Shown here in pieces: positions 42,581 to 51,419 of a stretch of 64,000 nucleotides of DNA. The translations under genes and the position numbers were made by a program. The notes under the pieces were generated by a model, which made no database searches, was not told where the DNA came from, and saw only the letters and a program-made list of their open reading frames with translations. Source of the DNA: Opitutia bacterium (GTDB taxonomy: Bacteria; Verrucomicrobiota; Verrucomicrobiia; Opitutales; Opitutaceae); contig CANJCM010000003.1 of assembly GCA_947472765.1 (NCBI GenBank), positions 29,612 to 93,611 on the forward strand, written 5' to 3'. The stretch's first letter is position 1. Every line of letters starts with the position of its first letter.

Positions 42581-44983
42581 TCAGGCTTCGAGCAGCGACT
42601 TCAGATCCGTCAGCGTCAGCTTCGCCGAGATTGCATCGCTCGCCTCGAACACGCCGGTCAGCAACGCGCGCTTTTCCGCCTGCAGCCCGAGCACCTTTTC
42701 CTCGACCGTGCCCGCGGCGATCAGCTTGTAGCTTGTCACCACGCGCTGCTGTCCGATGCGGTGCGCGCGATCCGTCGCCTGCGCTTCGGCGGCGGGATTC
42801 CACCACGGATCGAAATGCACTACGGTGTCAGCGCCGGTCAGGTTGAGGCCGGTGCCGCCGGCCTTGAGCGACAGCAGGAAGAGCGGAATTTCCGGGCTCT
42901 GTTGAAACCGATCGACCTGGGCCTGTCGCTCGCGGGTCGGCATCGAGCCATCGAGGTAACAGTAGCCGAGTTCCTGCGCGTCGAAGTCGGCTCGCAGCAA
43001 CGCGAGCAGTGAGGTGAACTGGGAAAAAATCAGGATGCGGTGACCGTCGTCGACGGCCTCCGCCACGAGTTCGCGCAGCACGTCGAGTTTCGCGGAGTCG
43101 GCGAACTCCACCGGGCGGGCTGAAGTCACCTTTGCAGTGGGATCCTCTTTCATGACCAACCGCGGGTCGCAGCAGATTTGTCGCAGCCGGAGTAACTGGG
43201 TGAGCGCCGCGAATTTGACCGCGCCCTCGCTGGCGCCGCTGGCCTCGAGGTCGAAGAGCTCGCGCTCCGAACGTTCTCGCGTCTCCTGATAAAGCCGGGC
43301 CTGGGCCGGAGTGAGTTCGCACCAGAGGACCTGCTCCAGCTTGGCCGGCAGGTCCGGTGCGACCGCCAGCTTCGTGCGACGCAGAATGTACGGGGCGGTC
43401 TGCGCCTTCAACCGCTCGTCGAACCAGTTGCGCTCGTCGCCCCGCGTGCCGGCGGGAACCCGCGTCAGGTAACCCGGCAGCAGGAAGTCGAAGAGCGAGC
43501 GCAGATCATCGAGGGAATTCTCGATCGGCGTGCCGGTGAGCAGGAACCGGCAACGCGCCCGCAGCGCGCGGAGGGCGGCGGCATTCTGCGAGCGGCGATT
43601 TTTGATGTGCTGGGCCTCGTCGGCGATCACGCAGGCGAAGCTCACGGCGACGAACCGCTCCTGGTCGCGGGCCAGCGTGCCGTAACTCGTGATAATCAGA
43701 TCGTGGGCCGCAAACTCCGCCGGCGTGGTGAGCCGCCGCTCGGCGTGATGGACGAAAACGCGCAGTTGCGGGGCAAAGCGCGCGGCCTCGCGACGCCAGT
43801 TTTCCAAGAGTGAAGCGGGTGCGACCACGAGGTTGGGGCCCGAGGAACGCAGCGCCGTGAGCAGAGCCAGGGCCTGGAGGGTTTTTCCTAGACCCATCTC
43901 GTCGGCGAGAATTCCGCCGAGTTCCTGCTGGCAGAGATGCCAGAGCCACGCGACCCCGAGGCGTTGGTAAGGTCGGAGCAGTTCCGTCAGCCGCGGATCG
44001 ACCGGAGCCGCCGCCAGCGTCGACAACGTGCGCAGGCTTGCCGTGCGGGTCCGCCACGACTCTGGCGCGGCAAAGTTGGGTGACAGCTCCGCGAGTATCT
44101 CCTGCGCATCCGCCGCCGCCGCGCGGCTGACGCGCTGGGTCTTCCGGGCCGCGAATCCCGCCGTGGGGTCGCCGGCCAGCTTGCGCTCCGCCAGCTGCAT
44201 CCGCTCGAGCGTAGCGGGTTCGAGCAGGTAGATTTTTCCGGCGTGCTCCAGGTAGCCGCGGCTGGTCGCGACGGCGGCGCGCAACGCGGCCTCGTCGGCG
44301 GCGCCGGCGCGCAACTCGAGCGTGACAGCGTATTCGTTGCCGGCGGCCTCCACCTTCGTCGCGACCTCGGCCGCGGCCAGGTGCGCGGTGTTCTTCTCGA
44401 AGGCCGGCGTCAGCTCCGCGCCGAACTGCTGCGCGAGCCGCTGCCGGTGCGTGGCGAGAAAGTTCAGCGTCTTGTGCCGGTCGCGCAGCCACCACTTGCG
44501 GTTCGACGGCTCGAGGACGAAGCCGTGCTCCTTCACGAGGGCGAGGGCGTCGGCGTAGCGCGAGTGCTCCCGCGAAGGCAGCGTGAGGGCGAGAAAGTGC
44601 TCGGAGCCGTCCACGATCAGCGGCGTCGCGGCCGGTCCGGTGGGCCGCCGGACCGGGGCCGCGATGGACCGGCCTCCTGCACCTGCGGTGGCGGGTGCGG
44701 TTGGCTCGTTCGCGAGCAGCGCGGCGTGGCGCCAGGGGCCCATCCGGCCGTCCTCGACAAAAATTGCCTGGCTACCCGCCGCCTTCGCCAGTTCCCGCAG
44801 TTGCGCTCGGGACAGTTGGATGAACCGGGGCGGGGTGGGGCTGCCGGACCAGCGTTGAATCAGCGCCAGCACCGGCAGCCACTCCGGTGCAAAGACTGCT
44901 CCGGGATCCAAGTCCACGCGCAGCGGCACCGCATCGCGGCCGGCGGCAGCGACGAGATTGGGCGGCAAATGAAGGCGGAGCAT
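42581..44983 (-). CDS. SNF2-family helicase/translocase (800 aa) with uncharacterised N-terminal domain of about 330 aa
   Basis: LRPYQRLGVAWL, ILADEMGLGKTLQALALL (motif I), VIADEAQHIKN (DEAQ), LLTGTPIENSL, helicase-C part ILIFSQFTSLL, GGTGLNLTGADTVVHFDPWWNPA, QATDRAHRIGQ. ORF-track 42581..45694 is a fusion; start set to ATG 44983. Confidence 0.9.
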   Translation of the reverse strand: MLRLHLPPNLVAAAGRDAVPLRVDLDPGAVFAPEWLPVLALIQRWSGSPTPPRFIQLSRAQLRELAKAAGSQAIFVEDGRMGPWRHAALLANEPTAPATAGAGGRSIAAPVRRPTGPAATPLIVDGSEHFLALTLPSREHSRYADALALVKEHGFVLEPSNRKWWLRDRHKTLNFLATHRQRLAQQFGAELTPAFEKNTAHLAAAEVATKVEAAGNEYAVTLELRAGAADEAALRAAVATSRGYLEHAGKIYLLEPATLERMQLAERKLAGDPTAGFAARKTQRVSRAAAADAQEILAELSPNFAAPESWRTRTASLRTLSTLAAAPVDPRLTELLRPYQRLGVAWLWHLCQQELGGILADEMGLGKTLQALALLTALRSSGPNLVVAPASLLENWRREAARFAPQLRVFVHHAERRLTTPAEFAAHDLIITSYGTLARDQERFVAVSFACVIADEAQHIKNRRSQNAAALRALRARCRFLLTGTPIENSLDDLRSLFDFLLPGYLTRVPAGTRGDERNWFDERLKAQTAPYILRRTKLAVAPDLPAKLEQVLWCELTPAQARLYQETRERSERELFDLEASGASEGAVKFAALTQLLRLRQICCDPRLVMKEDPTAKVTSARPVEFADSAKLDVLRELVAEAVDDGHRILIFSQFTSLLALLRADFDAQELGYCYLDGSMPTRERQAQVDRFQQSPEIPLFLLSLKAGGTGLNLTGADTVVHFDPWWNPAAEAQATDRAHRIGQQRVVTSYKLIAAGTVEEKVLGLQAEKRALLTGVFEASDAISAKLTLTDLKSLLEA

Positions 44984-45113
44984 GATGACGAGTTCCCAGT
45001 TGGAAGGCGGTTTGGCCGCAGAAAGGAAGAAGCTGGTTGGCGACGGAACGCGTCGCAGGCAAGGCCGGGCGCGTTCGCGAGGCGCGGCGAATCGTTGCGA
45101 TTCAACTTTTCCG

Positions 45114-45142
45114 GGAATAAACCCACCGCCGCGTTCTCTGTC
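45114..45142 (+). promoter_or_regulatory. Putative ECF-type promoter (GGAATAA-N16-TCTGTC)
   Basis: GGAATAA (45114-45120), a 16-nt spacer, then TCTGTC (45137-45142), 9 nt upstream of the ECF sigma ATG. Resembles the GGAAC-N16-TCTGA style of group IV sigma promoters. Confidence 0.3.
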
Positions 45143-45151
45143 TCCAAGCGA

Positions 45152-45703
45152 ATGAACAACGAGGTCTTCACGCAACTGGTCGATGCGCATTACGCCGCGC
45201 TCTACCGGTTTGGTCTGAGCCTGGCGCGGAATGGCACGGACGCTTCCGACCTCGTGCAGCAGACGTTCTTTATCTGGGCGACCAAGGGTGAGGCCCTTCG
45301 TGACACCAGCAAGGCGAAGTCGTGGCTCTTCACGACGCTCTACCGGGAGTTTCTCCGCAGCCGCCGTCGCGATTTGCGCAACACCTCGATCGAGGACCTG
45401 CCGGTGGCGGAACAGGACATTGCCGCCGATGAAGTTGACCGCGTGGCCCGGCTCGACGCCGCGACCGTGATGGTGGCGCTGCAATCGGTGGATGAAAATT
45501 TCCGCGCGCCGCTCACGCTCTACTACCTCGAGGACCTGTCTTACCTCGAGATTGCCGACGCGCTCGGGGTGCCCATCGGCACTGTGATGTCGCGGCTGTC
45601 CCGCGGAAAGGCGCAGTTGCGGGCCGCCCTTGCCCGCGAGGAACAGGCCGCCACCGCCAAGGTAATCGCATTTTCCACGCCGAAGTCCGGCCAAGCATCA
45701 TGA
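45152..45703 (+). CDS. ECF (group IV) RNA polymerase sigma factor
   Basis: Region 2 (DASDLVQQTFFIWATKG...WLFTTLYREFL) and region 4 HTH (LYYLEDLSYLEIADALGVPIGTVMSRLSRGKAQLR). Start set to ATG 45152. Confidence 0.92.
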   Translation: MNNEVFTQLVDAHYAALYRFGLSLARNGTDASDLVQQTFFIWATKGEALRDTSKAKSWLFTTLYREFLRSRRRDLRNTSIEDLPVAEQDIAADEVDRVARLDAATVMVALQSVDENFRAPLTLYYLEDLSYLEIADALGVPIGTVMSRLSRGKAQLRAALAREEQAATAKVIAFSTPKSGQAS

Positions 45704-46443
45704 CGAACATCGAGGCGAAGTTTGTGCTCTCCGCATATCGGACCAACGGCAGCGACGCCCAGGATCCGGCCATGCAGGAGGCGCTCGAGCAGGCGAAGCG
45801 CGATCCCGCGCTCAGTGCGTGGTTCAGCCTGGATCAGGCCCACGCTGCGGCGACGGCGACCCGGCTGCAGGAGATCCAGCCGCCGGCTGGGCTGCGCGAA
45901 GCGATCCTGGCGGGAGTGCGGGCGGGCCAGAATGCCGCTCCGCGTCGGGTTCAGTCCTGGCGGCGTCCGTTGATCTTGATGGCGGCGGCGAGCATCGCGG
46001 TGCTGTTGACGGCGTTGTCATGGTGGCGCTTCAGTCCCGTGCACGGGGCGACGCTCGATGCTTTCGCGGTCAATTTTGTCGCGCGGGGTTTCGTTCTCGG
46101 AGAGCGCAGCGCCGATGTGGGGCAACTCAAGGCGTGGCTCGCGGCCCGCCGCAGTCCGCTGCCGGCGGAGCTGCCCGCAGGCTTTGCGAACCTGCGCGCG
46201 CTCGGCTGCCGCAACCTGAAATACGACGGGCACGACGTCTCGCTCGTCTGCTTCGAAGCGGGCGGGAGGGAATTCCATGTCTTCGTCGCCCGGCGCGAAG
46301 ATTTTCCCGGTCGCGGCAGCGAACGAATTGCGCCGGCCCTCGATCCCAAGCGCCAGCTCGTGGCCACCGCGTGGTCCGACGCGCACAATCATTACGTGAT
46401 GGTAAGCGACGGTTCGGTGGAAGACGTGAAGCGTCTGCTGTGA
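45700..46443 (+). CDS. Putative anti-sigma factor (single-pass membrane protein)
   Basis: ATGA overlap with the sigma gene. Cytoplasmic N-terminal helix region, one TM segment (LILMAAASIAVLLTALSWW), periplasmic C-terminal domain. Confidence 0.6.
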   Translation: MTNIEAKFVLSAYRTNGSDAQDPAMQEALEQAKRDPALSAWFSLDQAHAAATATRLQEIQPPAGLREAILAGVRAGQNAAPRRVQSWRRPLILMAAASIAVLLTALSWWRFSPVHGATLDAFAVNFVARGFVLGERSADVGQLKAWLAARRSPLPAELPAGFANLRALGCRNLKYDGHDVSLVCFEAGGREFHVFVARREDFPGRGSERIAPALDPKRQLVATAWSDAHNHYVMVSDGSVEDVKRLL

Positions 46444-46655
46444 GCGGACGACTCGGCGTCTCCTTTTTACAATTACGCCGGCGAATCTGCGCCGTTCTGA
46501 CTCGTTTACGCTCACCGGACTCGACGTGAGTAGCTTTCCCACTCGGCGGGCAAACCTCACGGGCCGTGTGACTAACCGGTCGGTTCCGTGAATAGTACGG
46601 GAAAATTCCCGGTACGGGCTGCACAAATATCAAACGCCCGGGGTCAGGCCCGGTT

Positions 46656-47135
46656 GTGAACACATCCCTGGCTCCCAAATCCCGTACCGGTTCGCGCGTC
46701 GTCCTGGCGTTCTTGCTGCCTCTCGCGGCCCTGACGAGCACGGCGCAGGCGTCGATCCGCTGGGCGACCCTCGAGGCGATCCATCATCTGGAGAATCCGC
46801 GCAACCTCACGCGTCCCGGTCCGCGCGGTGAGTTGGGCGCCTATCAGTTCCGGTCGTCGACGTGGCGGATGCACACGGAGATTCCGTTCCGGCAGGCGAT
46901 TGAGCGCACGGCCTCGGACATTGTGGCCGTGAAGCATTACGATTGGATTCATCGGGGCCTGGCGCGGGCGGGCGTGCCGGTTACGCCGTACAACATCGCG
47001 CTCGCCTGGAACGGCGGACTCGCGGCGACGATTACCGGCCGGGCGCCCGCCGCCGCCCACGAATACGCGTCGCGGGCCGCCAATCTCGCCGTTATCTTCG
47101 ATCAACAGACCCGGCAGATCGCCTCGGCAAACTGA
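46656..47135 (+). CDS. Small secreted lytic-transglycosylase (SLT)-like protein
   Basis: GTG start. Signal peptide ending TSTAQA. AIHHLENPRN...GELGAYQF resembles the SLT catalytic Glu and GxxQ motif. Confidence 0.55.
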   Translation: MNTSLAPKSRTGSRVVLAFLLPLAALTSTAQASIRWATLEAIHHLENPRNLTRPGPRGELGAYQFRSSTWRMHTEIPFRQAIERTASDIVAVKHYDWIHRGLARAGVPVTPYNIALAWNGGLAATITGRAPAAAHEYASRAANLAVIFDQQTRQIASAN

Positions 47136-47146
47136 CGGTAATCAAC

Positions 47147-47218
47147 GTAGGGCCGGCGCTCGCCGCCGGGCCTCAGTCTTTACCGAAACCGAGGCCTGCC
47201 GGCGAGCGGCAGCCCTAC
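47147..47218. repeat. REP doublet (GTAGGGCCGGCG subtype)
   Basis: GTAGGGCCGGCGCTCGCCGCCGGGCC ... GGCCTGCCGGCGAGCGGCAGCCCTAC. Confidence 0.88.
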
Positions 47219-47295
47219 AGGACTTTGATGTACGGTCCGGCGCCATGCAGGCGTGGACGCGAGCCCACCGTCCCTCCCGCCGTCAGCGCGCAAGC

Positions 47296-47326
47296 GAAAA
47301 TCGAGAATCCAAAATCCAAAATCCGA
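47296..47326. repeat. Family E word repeat, copy E5
   Basis: GAAAATCGAGAATCCAAAATCCAAAATCCGA directly abuts the DUF1501 stop codon (47327-47329). Confidence 0.85.
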
Positions 47327-48778
47327 TCACGCCAGCATCTTCTTAATCAATTCGCCGTGGACGTCCGTCAGCCGGAAGTCGCGCCCCTGAAACCGATACG
47401 TCAGCTTCGTGTGTTCGAGGCCGACCAGGTGGAGGAGGGTGGCGTGGATGTCGTGAATGTGCGCCCGATCGGCGACGGGATTGAACCCGAGTTCGTCCGT
47501 TTCACCGAGCACGTACCCGGCCTTCGTGCCGCCACCGGCGAACCACATGGTGAACGCATCGATGTGATGATTGCGGCCGGTGGTGTCGCGATTCTCGCCC
47601 ATCGGCGTGCGGCCGAATTCGCCGCCCCAGACGACGAGCGTGTCCTTGAGCAGCCCGCGTTGCTTGAGATCCTGCACGAGCGCCGCCTGGCCCTGATCGA
47701 CCTCGCGGCAGACCTTTTCGAAATCGCCCTGCAGGTTCTCGCCCGGACCGCCGTGGCTGTCCCAGTTCGTGTGATAAAGCTGCACGAAGCGCACGCCGCG
47801 CTCGATCAGCCGGCGGGCGAGCAGGCAGTTGCGGCCGAACGAGGGCGTGTCCTTTTCCACGCCGTAGAGTCGCATCGTGTCCGCGTTTTCCTTCGACAAA
47901 TCGATCAGCTCCGGCGCGCTCGTCTGCATCCGCGCCGCCATCTCGTACGAGGCGATGCGCGTGTTGATCTCCGGATCGCCGGTCTCCATCGCATGGCTCA
48001 GGTTGAGGTCGCGGATGGCATCGAGCGTCTGCCGCTGGCGGGCGGCCGAGACGCCCTCGGGCGTCGTCAGGTTGAGGATCGGTTCGCCATTCCCGCGGAA
48101 CGGGACGCCCTGGTAGGTGGTCGGGAGGAAGCCCGAGCCCCAGTTCACGGCGCCGCCGCGCGGTCCGCGCGGGCCGGACTGCAGCACGACGAACCCCGGC
48201 AAATCCTGCGCCTCGCTGCCGAGCCCGTAGTTGAGCCAGGCACCCATGCTCGGACGGCCGTACTGGCCCGAGCCGGTGTTCATGAAGAGCTTCGCGGGGG
48301 CGTGATTGAAGAGCGTCGCGGCGCACGACTTCACCAGCGTGATGTCGTCGACGATTTTGGCCGTGTGCGGAAACAGGTCGGACACCCACATGCCGCTCTT
48401 GCCGTGTTGGGTGAACTTCCGGCGGCTGCCGAGGAGGTTCGTGCCGTGGCTCGTGTCCATGAACGCGAACCGCCGGCCCTCGAGAAACGAGGCGGGGATC
48501 GGCTGACCGTTCAGGTCGATCAACTTCGGCTTGTAGTCGAACAGGTCGAGCTGGCTCGGCCCGCCCGCCATGAAGAGATAAATGACGTTCTTCGCCCGCG
48601 GGGCGAAATGCGGCGGCTTCGGGGCCAGCGGATTCTCCAGCGTGGGCGTCGCGCCGAACGCGCGGGATCGGTCGAGCATCGAGGCGAGCGCCATCCCGCC
48701 GAGCCCCATCCCGCAGCGGCTGAAAAAATGCCGGCGCGTGAGCTGCCGCTGGAATTCCTGAGGAGAGGGAGCGTTCAT
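47327..48778 (-). CDS. DUF1501 protein (sulfatase/alkaline-phosphatase-like) with twin-arginine signal
   Basis: LTRRHFFSRCGMGLGGMALASML TAT leader. YHTNWDSHG, VVWGGEFGRTP, GRNHH, FAGGGTKAG. ATG 48778 overlaps the upstream stop (ATGA). Confidence 0.88.
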   Translation of the reverse strand: MNAPSPQEFQRQLTRRHFFSRCGMGLGGMALASMLDRSRAFGATPTLENPLAPKPPHFAPRAKNVIYLFMAGGPSQLDLFDYKPKLIDLNGQPIPASFLEGRRFAFMDTSHGTNLLGSRRKFTQHGKSGMWVSDLFPHTAKIVDDITLVKSCAATLFNHAPAKLFMNTGSGQYGRPSMGAWLNYGLGSEAQDLPGFVVLQSGPRGPRGGAVNWGSGFLPTTYQGVPFRGNGEPILNLTTPEGVSAARQRQTLDAIRDLNLSHAMETGDPEINTRIASYEMAARMQTSAPELIDLSKENADTMRLYGVEKDTPSFGRNCLLARRLIERGVRFVQLYHTNWDSHGGPGENLQGDFEKVCREVDQGQAALVQDLKQRGLLKDTLVVWGGEFGRTPMGENRDTTGRNHHIDAFTMWFAGGGTKAGYVLGETDELGFNPVADRAHIHDIHATLLHLVGLEHTKLTYRFQGRDFRLTDVHGELIKKMLA

Positions 48779-51207
48779 TCGCGGGTGATCGTTTCGTCGA
48801 GGTTGAGCAGCACGCGGGCGAGGGTGGTCCACGCTTCCGCCGTCCGGGCAGCGGGTTCGCCGGAGGCCGAGTCCTGAATCGTCTGGAAGAGCGTGACGAG
48901 CCGATCGCGTTCGTCGGTCCGCGGTGAACGTGAGGTGCAGAGACGGAAGGCGTATTCAATCTGCGCGGCCAGCGGACCCTTGGACTCGCGCCCGACCCGC
49001 TGCCCGAGCGCCTGGGCAAACTCGAGGAACTGGGTGTCGTTGAGCAGGGTGAGCGCCTGCAGCGGCGTGTTGGAGCGGAGCCGGCGGGTGCAGGCGCTGA
49101 ATGCGTCCGGGGCGTCGAAGACCGAAAGCGCCGGATGCGGGGTCGCGCGCCAGAAGTGCGTGTACAATCCGCGACGATGGCGATCGGGACCCGTGCTGGG
49201 CTGCCAGTTGCGCTTGATCTGCCCGAGACTCATCACGCCGTCGGGTTGCGGCGGAAAGACGGGCGGGCCGCCCAGCTTCGGCTCAAGCAAGCCCGACGAC
49301 GCCAGCGCCACATCGCGGATAATTTCGCCGTCGAGCCGCAGCCGCGACTGCCGGGCGAGCAGCTTGTTTGTCGGGTCGGTGACTTCGAGGTCGGGGCGGA
49401 CGTGCGAGGACTGCCGGTAGGTGGAAGAGAGGACGATCGTCCGATGGAGGGCCTTGAAGCTCCACTTTTGTTCGACGAGCTCGGTCGCGAGCCAGTCCAG
49501 CAGTTCGGGATGGGACGGCGGGATGCCCTGGGTGCCGAAATCGTTCTCCGTTTCGACAATCCCCAGGCCGAAGTACTGCTGCCAGACGCGATTCACGAGG
49601 ACGCGCGTCGTGAGCGGGCGGGCCGAGCTGAAAAGCCACCTGGCGAGATCCAGCCGGTTGGGGTTCGCGACCTTGAGGGGTTCGAAGATGGCCAGCGTGC
49701 CCGGCGACACCTTTTCGCCGTGCCGCGTGAAGTCGCCCTTGATGAGAAGAAAGCTTTCCCGCGGCACCGGCAGCTCCGACATCACCAAGGTGGTGACCGG
49801 GGAGGGCGCCTTCTCGAGTCTCGTGAGTGTCTCGTTCGCGGCCTTGAATTCCTGATCGTCCGGGTTGAAGGCGGCATAGCACGCACGTTTCTGCGGCAGG
49901 GTTTGCTTGTCCCAGGGAATACCGAAGGCACCGCGTACGGTGTTCGGCATCTTGATGCGTTGTTCCGCGGGCATGGCTTCCATCCATTCGAAAACCGCCT
50001 TCCCGCGATTGCCGACATAGCGTTCGACGACGCCCCGCGCTTCCTCGAGCTCGCGTTCCTCGAATTCCTTGCCGGTGAGTTCGTCCGGGAAGGCGAGGGC
50101 GCCGCCGGGCGACGACTTGCCGTGGCCTTCCTCGACCGTGCTGTTGAAGAACGCGAAGAGCTGGTAGTACTCGCGTTGGGAAATCTGATCGAACTTGTGG
50201 TCGTGGCACTGCGCGCACCCGACGGTCAGCCCGAGGAACGCGGAGCCGAAGGTGCTGACGCGGTCCATCACGGATTCGATCCGGAACTGCTCCGGATCGA
50301 TGCCGCCTTCCTGGTTGATCTGGGTGTTGCGGTTGAAACCGGTGGCGACGCGCTGCTCGACGGTCGGCTGGGGCAGGAGATCGCCGGCGAGCTGCTCGGT
50401 GACGAATTGATCGAACGGCTGGTCGCGGTTCAGGGCGGCCACGACCCAGTCGCGGTATTTCCAAATCTGCCGCGGCGCATCGATGCTGTAGCCGTTGGAG
50501 TCGGCGTAACGGGCGACGTCGAGCCAGACGCGACCCCAGCGTTCGCCGTAGTGCGGCGAGGCGAGCAGGCGGTCGACGGCGCGTTCGTAGGCGTTGGGCG
50601 CGGTGTCGGCGAGGAACGATTCGATTTCCGCGGGCGTGGGCGGAAGCCCGGTCAGATCGAGCGACAGGCGGCGCAGCAATGTGGTGCGGTCCGCCTCGGG
50701 GGAGGGCGCAATTCCTTCGCGTTCAAGCCGGGCCAGGACGAATTGATCGATCGGGTTGCGCGGCCACGTCTTCTGTCGCACGGCGGGAGGCGCGCTGCGC
50801 ACGGGCGGGACGAAGGACCAATGTGTGTAGACGCCGGGAGGCTCGCTGCCCGGCACGCCGCTCGCGCCTTCGTCGATCCAGGTACGGAGAATTGCCACCT
50901 GCGCTTCGGCCAGCGGCGGCTTCTTGTACGGCATCTGCGGGATGTCGCGGTGCGCGCCGGTGACGACCTTCAGCAGCAGGCTGTCGGTGCCGCGGCCGGG
51001 GACGACGACATCGCCGCTGTCGCCACCCGCGAAAAGAAACTCACCGGTGTCGAGGCGCAGTCCGCCTTCCTGTTTCGCGTCGCTGTGGCACCGGGTGCAG
51101 TGCTGCGTGAGCAGCGGTTTCACGTCTCGCATGTAATCGACCGTGGCGGCGCGGGCGGAGAGTCCGAGGAGCAGGACGGCGGCGACAAGCAGTGGAGTGG
51201 GGCGCAT
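48775..51207 (-). CDS. Planctomycete-cytochrome-c (PSCyt) / DUF1549 / DUF1553 (PSD1) large secreted protein
   Basis: Signal peptide, then DVKPLLTQHCTRCHSDAKQEGGLRLD (CxxCH). DUF1549-like RRLSLDLTGLPPT. CAQCHDHKFD. DUF1553-like C-terminal part. Confidence 0.88.
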   Translation of the reverse strand: MRPTPLLVAAVLLLGLSARAATVDYMRDVKPLLTQHCTRCHSDAKQEGGLRLDTGEFLFAGGDSGDVVVPGRGTDSLLLKVVTGAHRDIPQMPYKKPPLAEAQVAILRTWIDEGASGVPGSEPPGVYTHWSFVPPVRSAPPAVRQKTWPRNPIDQFVLARLEREGIAPSPEADRTTLLRRLSLDLTGLPPTPAEIESFLADTAPNAYERAVDRLLASPHYGERWGRVWLDVARYADSNGYSIDAPRQIWKYRDWVVAALNRDQPFDQFVTEQLAGDLLPQPTVEQRVATGFNRNTQINQEGGIDPEQFRIESVMDRVSTFGSAFLGLTVGCAQCHDHKFDQISQREYYQLFAFFNSTVEEGHGKSSPGGALAFPDELTGKEFEERELEEARGVVERYVGNRGKAVFEWMEAMPAEQRIKMPNTVRGAFGIPWDKQTLPQKRACYAAFNPDDQEFKAANETLTRLEKAPSPVTTLVMSELPVPRESFLLIKGDFTRHGEKVSPGTLAIFEPLKVANPNRLDLARWLFSSARPLTTRVLVNRVWQQYFGLGIVETENDFGTQGIPPSHPELLDWLATELVEQKWSFKALHRTIVLSSTYRQSSHVRPDLEVTDPTNKLLARQSRLRLDGEIIRDVALASSGLLEPKLGGPPVFPPQPDGVMSLGQIKRNWQPSTGPDRHRRGLYTHFWRATPHPALSVFDAPDAFSACTRRLRSNTPLQALTLLNDTQFLEFAQALGQRVGRESKGPLAAQIEYAFRLCTSRSPRTDERDRLVTLFQTIQDSASGEPAARTAEAWTTLARVLLNLDETITRE

Positions 51208-51275
51208 CGACCTTCACAGCGTGGGCGAAAATGGACGTCGGGCAACGCCGGGATGGAAAGTTTCTCGGCGCCGAT

Positions 51276-51309
51276 GATGGAGCCTGAAGCCAGGAAACCA
51301 GGAATCGGA
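51276..51309. repeat. Family F repeat (GATGGAGCCTGAAGCCAGGAAACCAGGAATCGGA)
   Basis: A 20-nt identical core (GATGGAGCCTGAAGCCAGGA) is shared with 63122-63146. Confidence 0.65.
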
Positions 51310-51419
51310 GGAGGGAACCGCGGGCGAGGCTGCCCGGCGGTAGCTGCGGTTGAGCGGGAGGTCATGCTTTGATTGCAGCCTGTCCCGGCGGTGCCAGTTT
51401 CGCCTCAACCCCTCGCTCC

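Noticed and set aside
42581-45694. 1037-aa ORF-track entry that would extend the SNF2 gene by 237 codons.
   Set aside because: The extension runs antisense through the well-supported ECF sigma gene (45152-45703) and has no homology. The SNF2 protein starts plausibly at ATG 44983.
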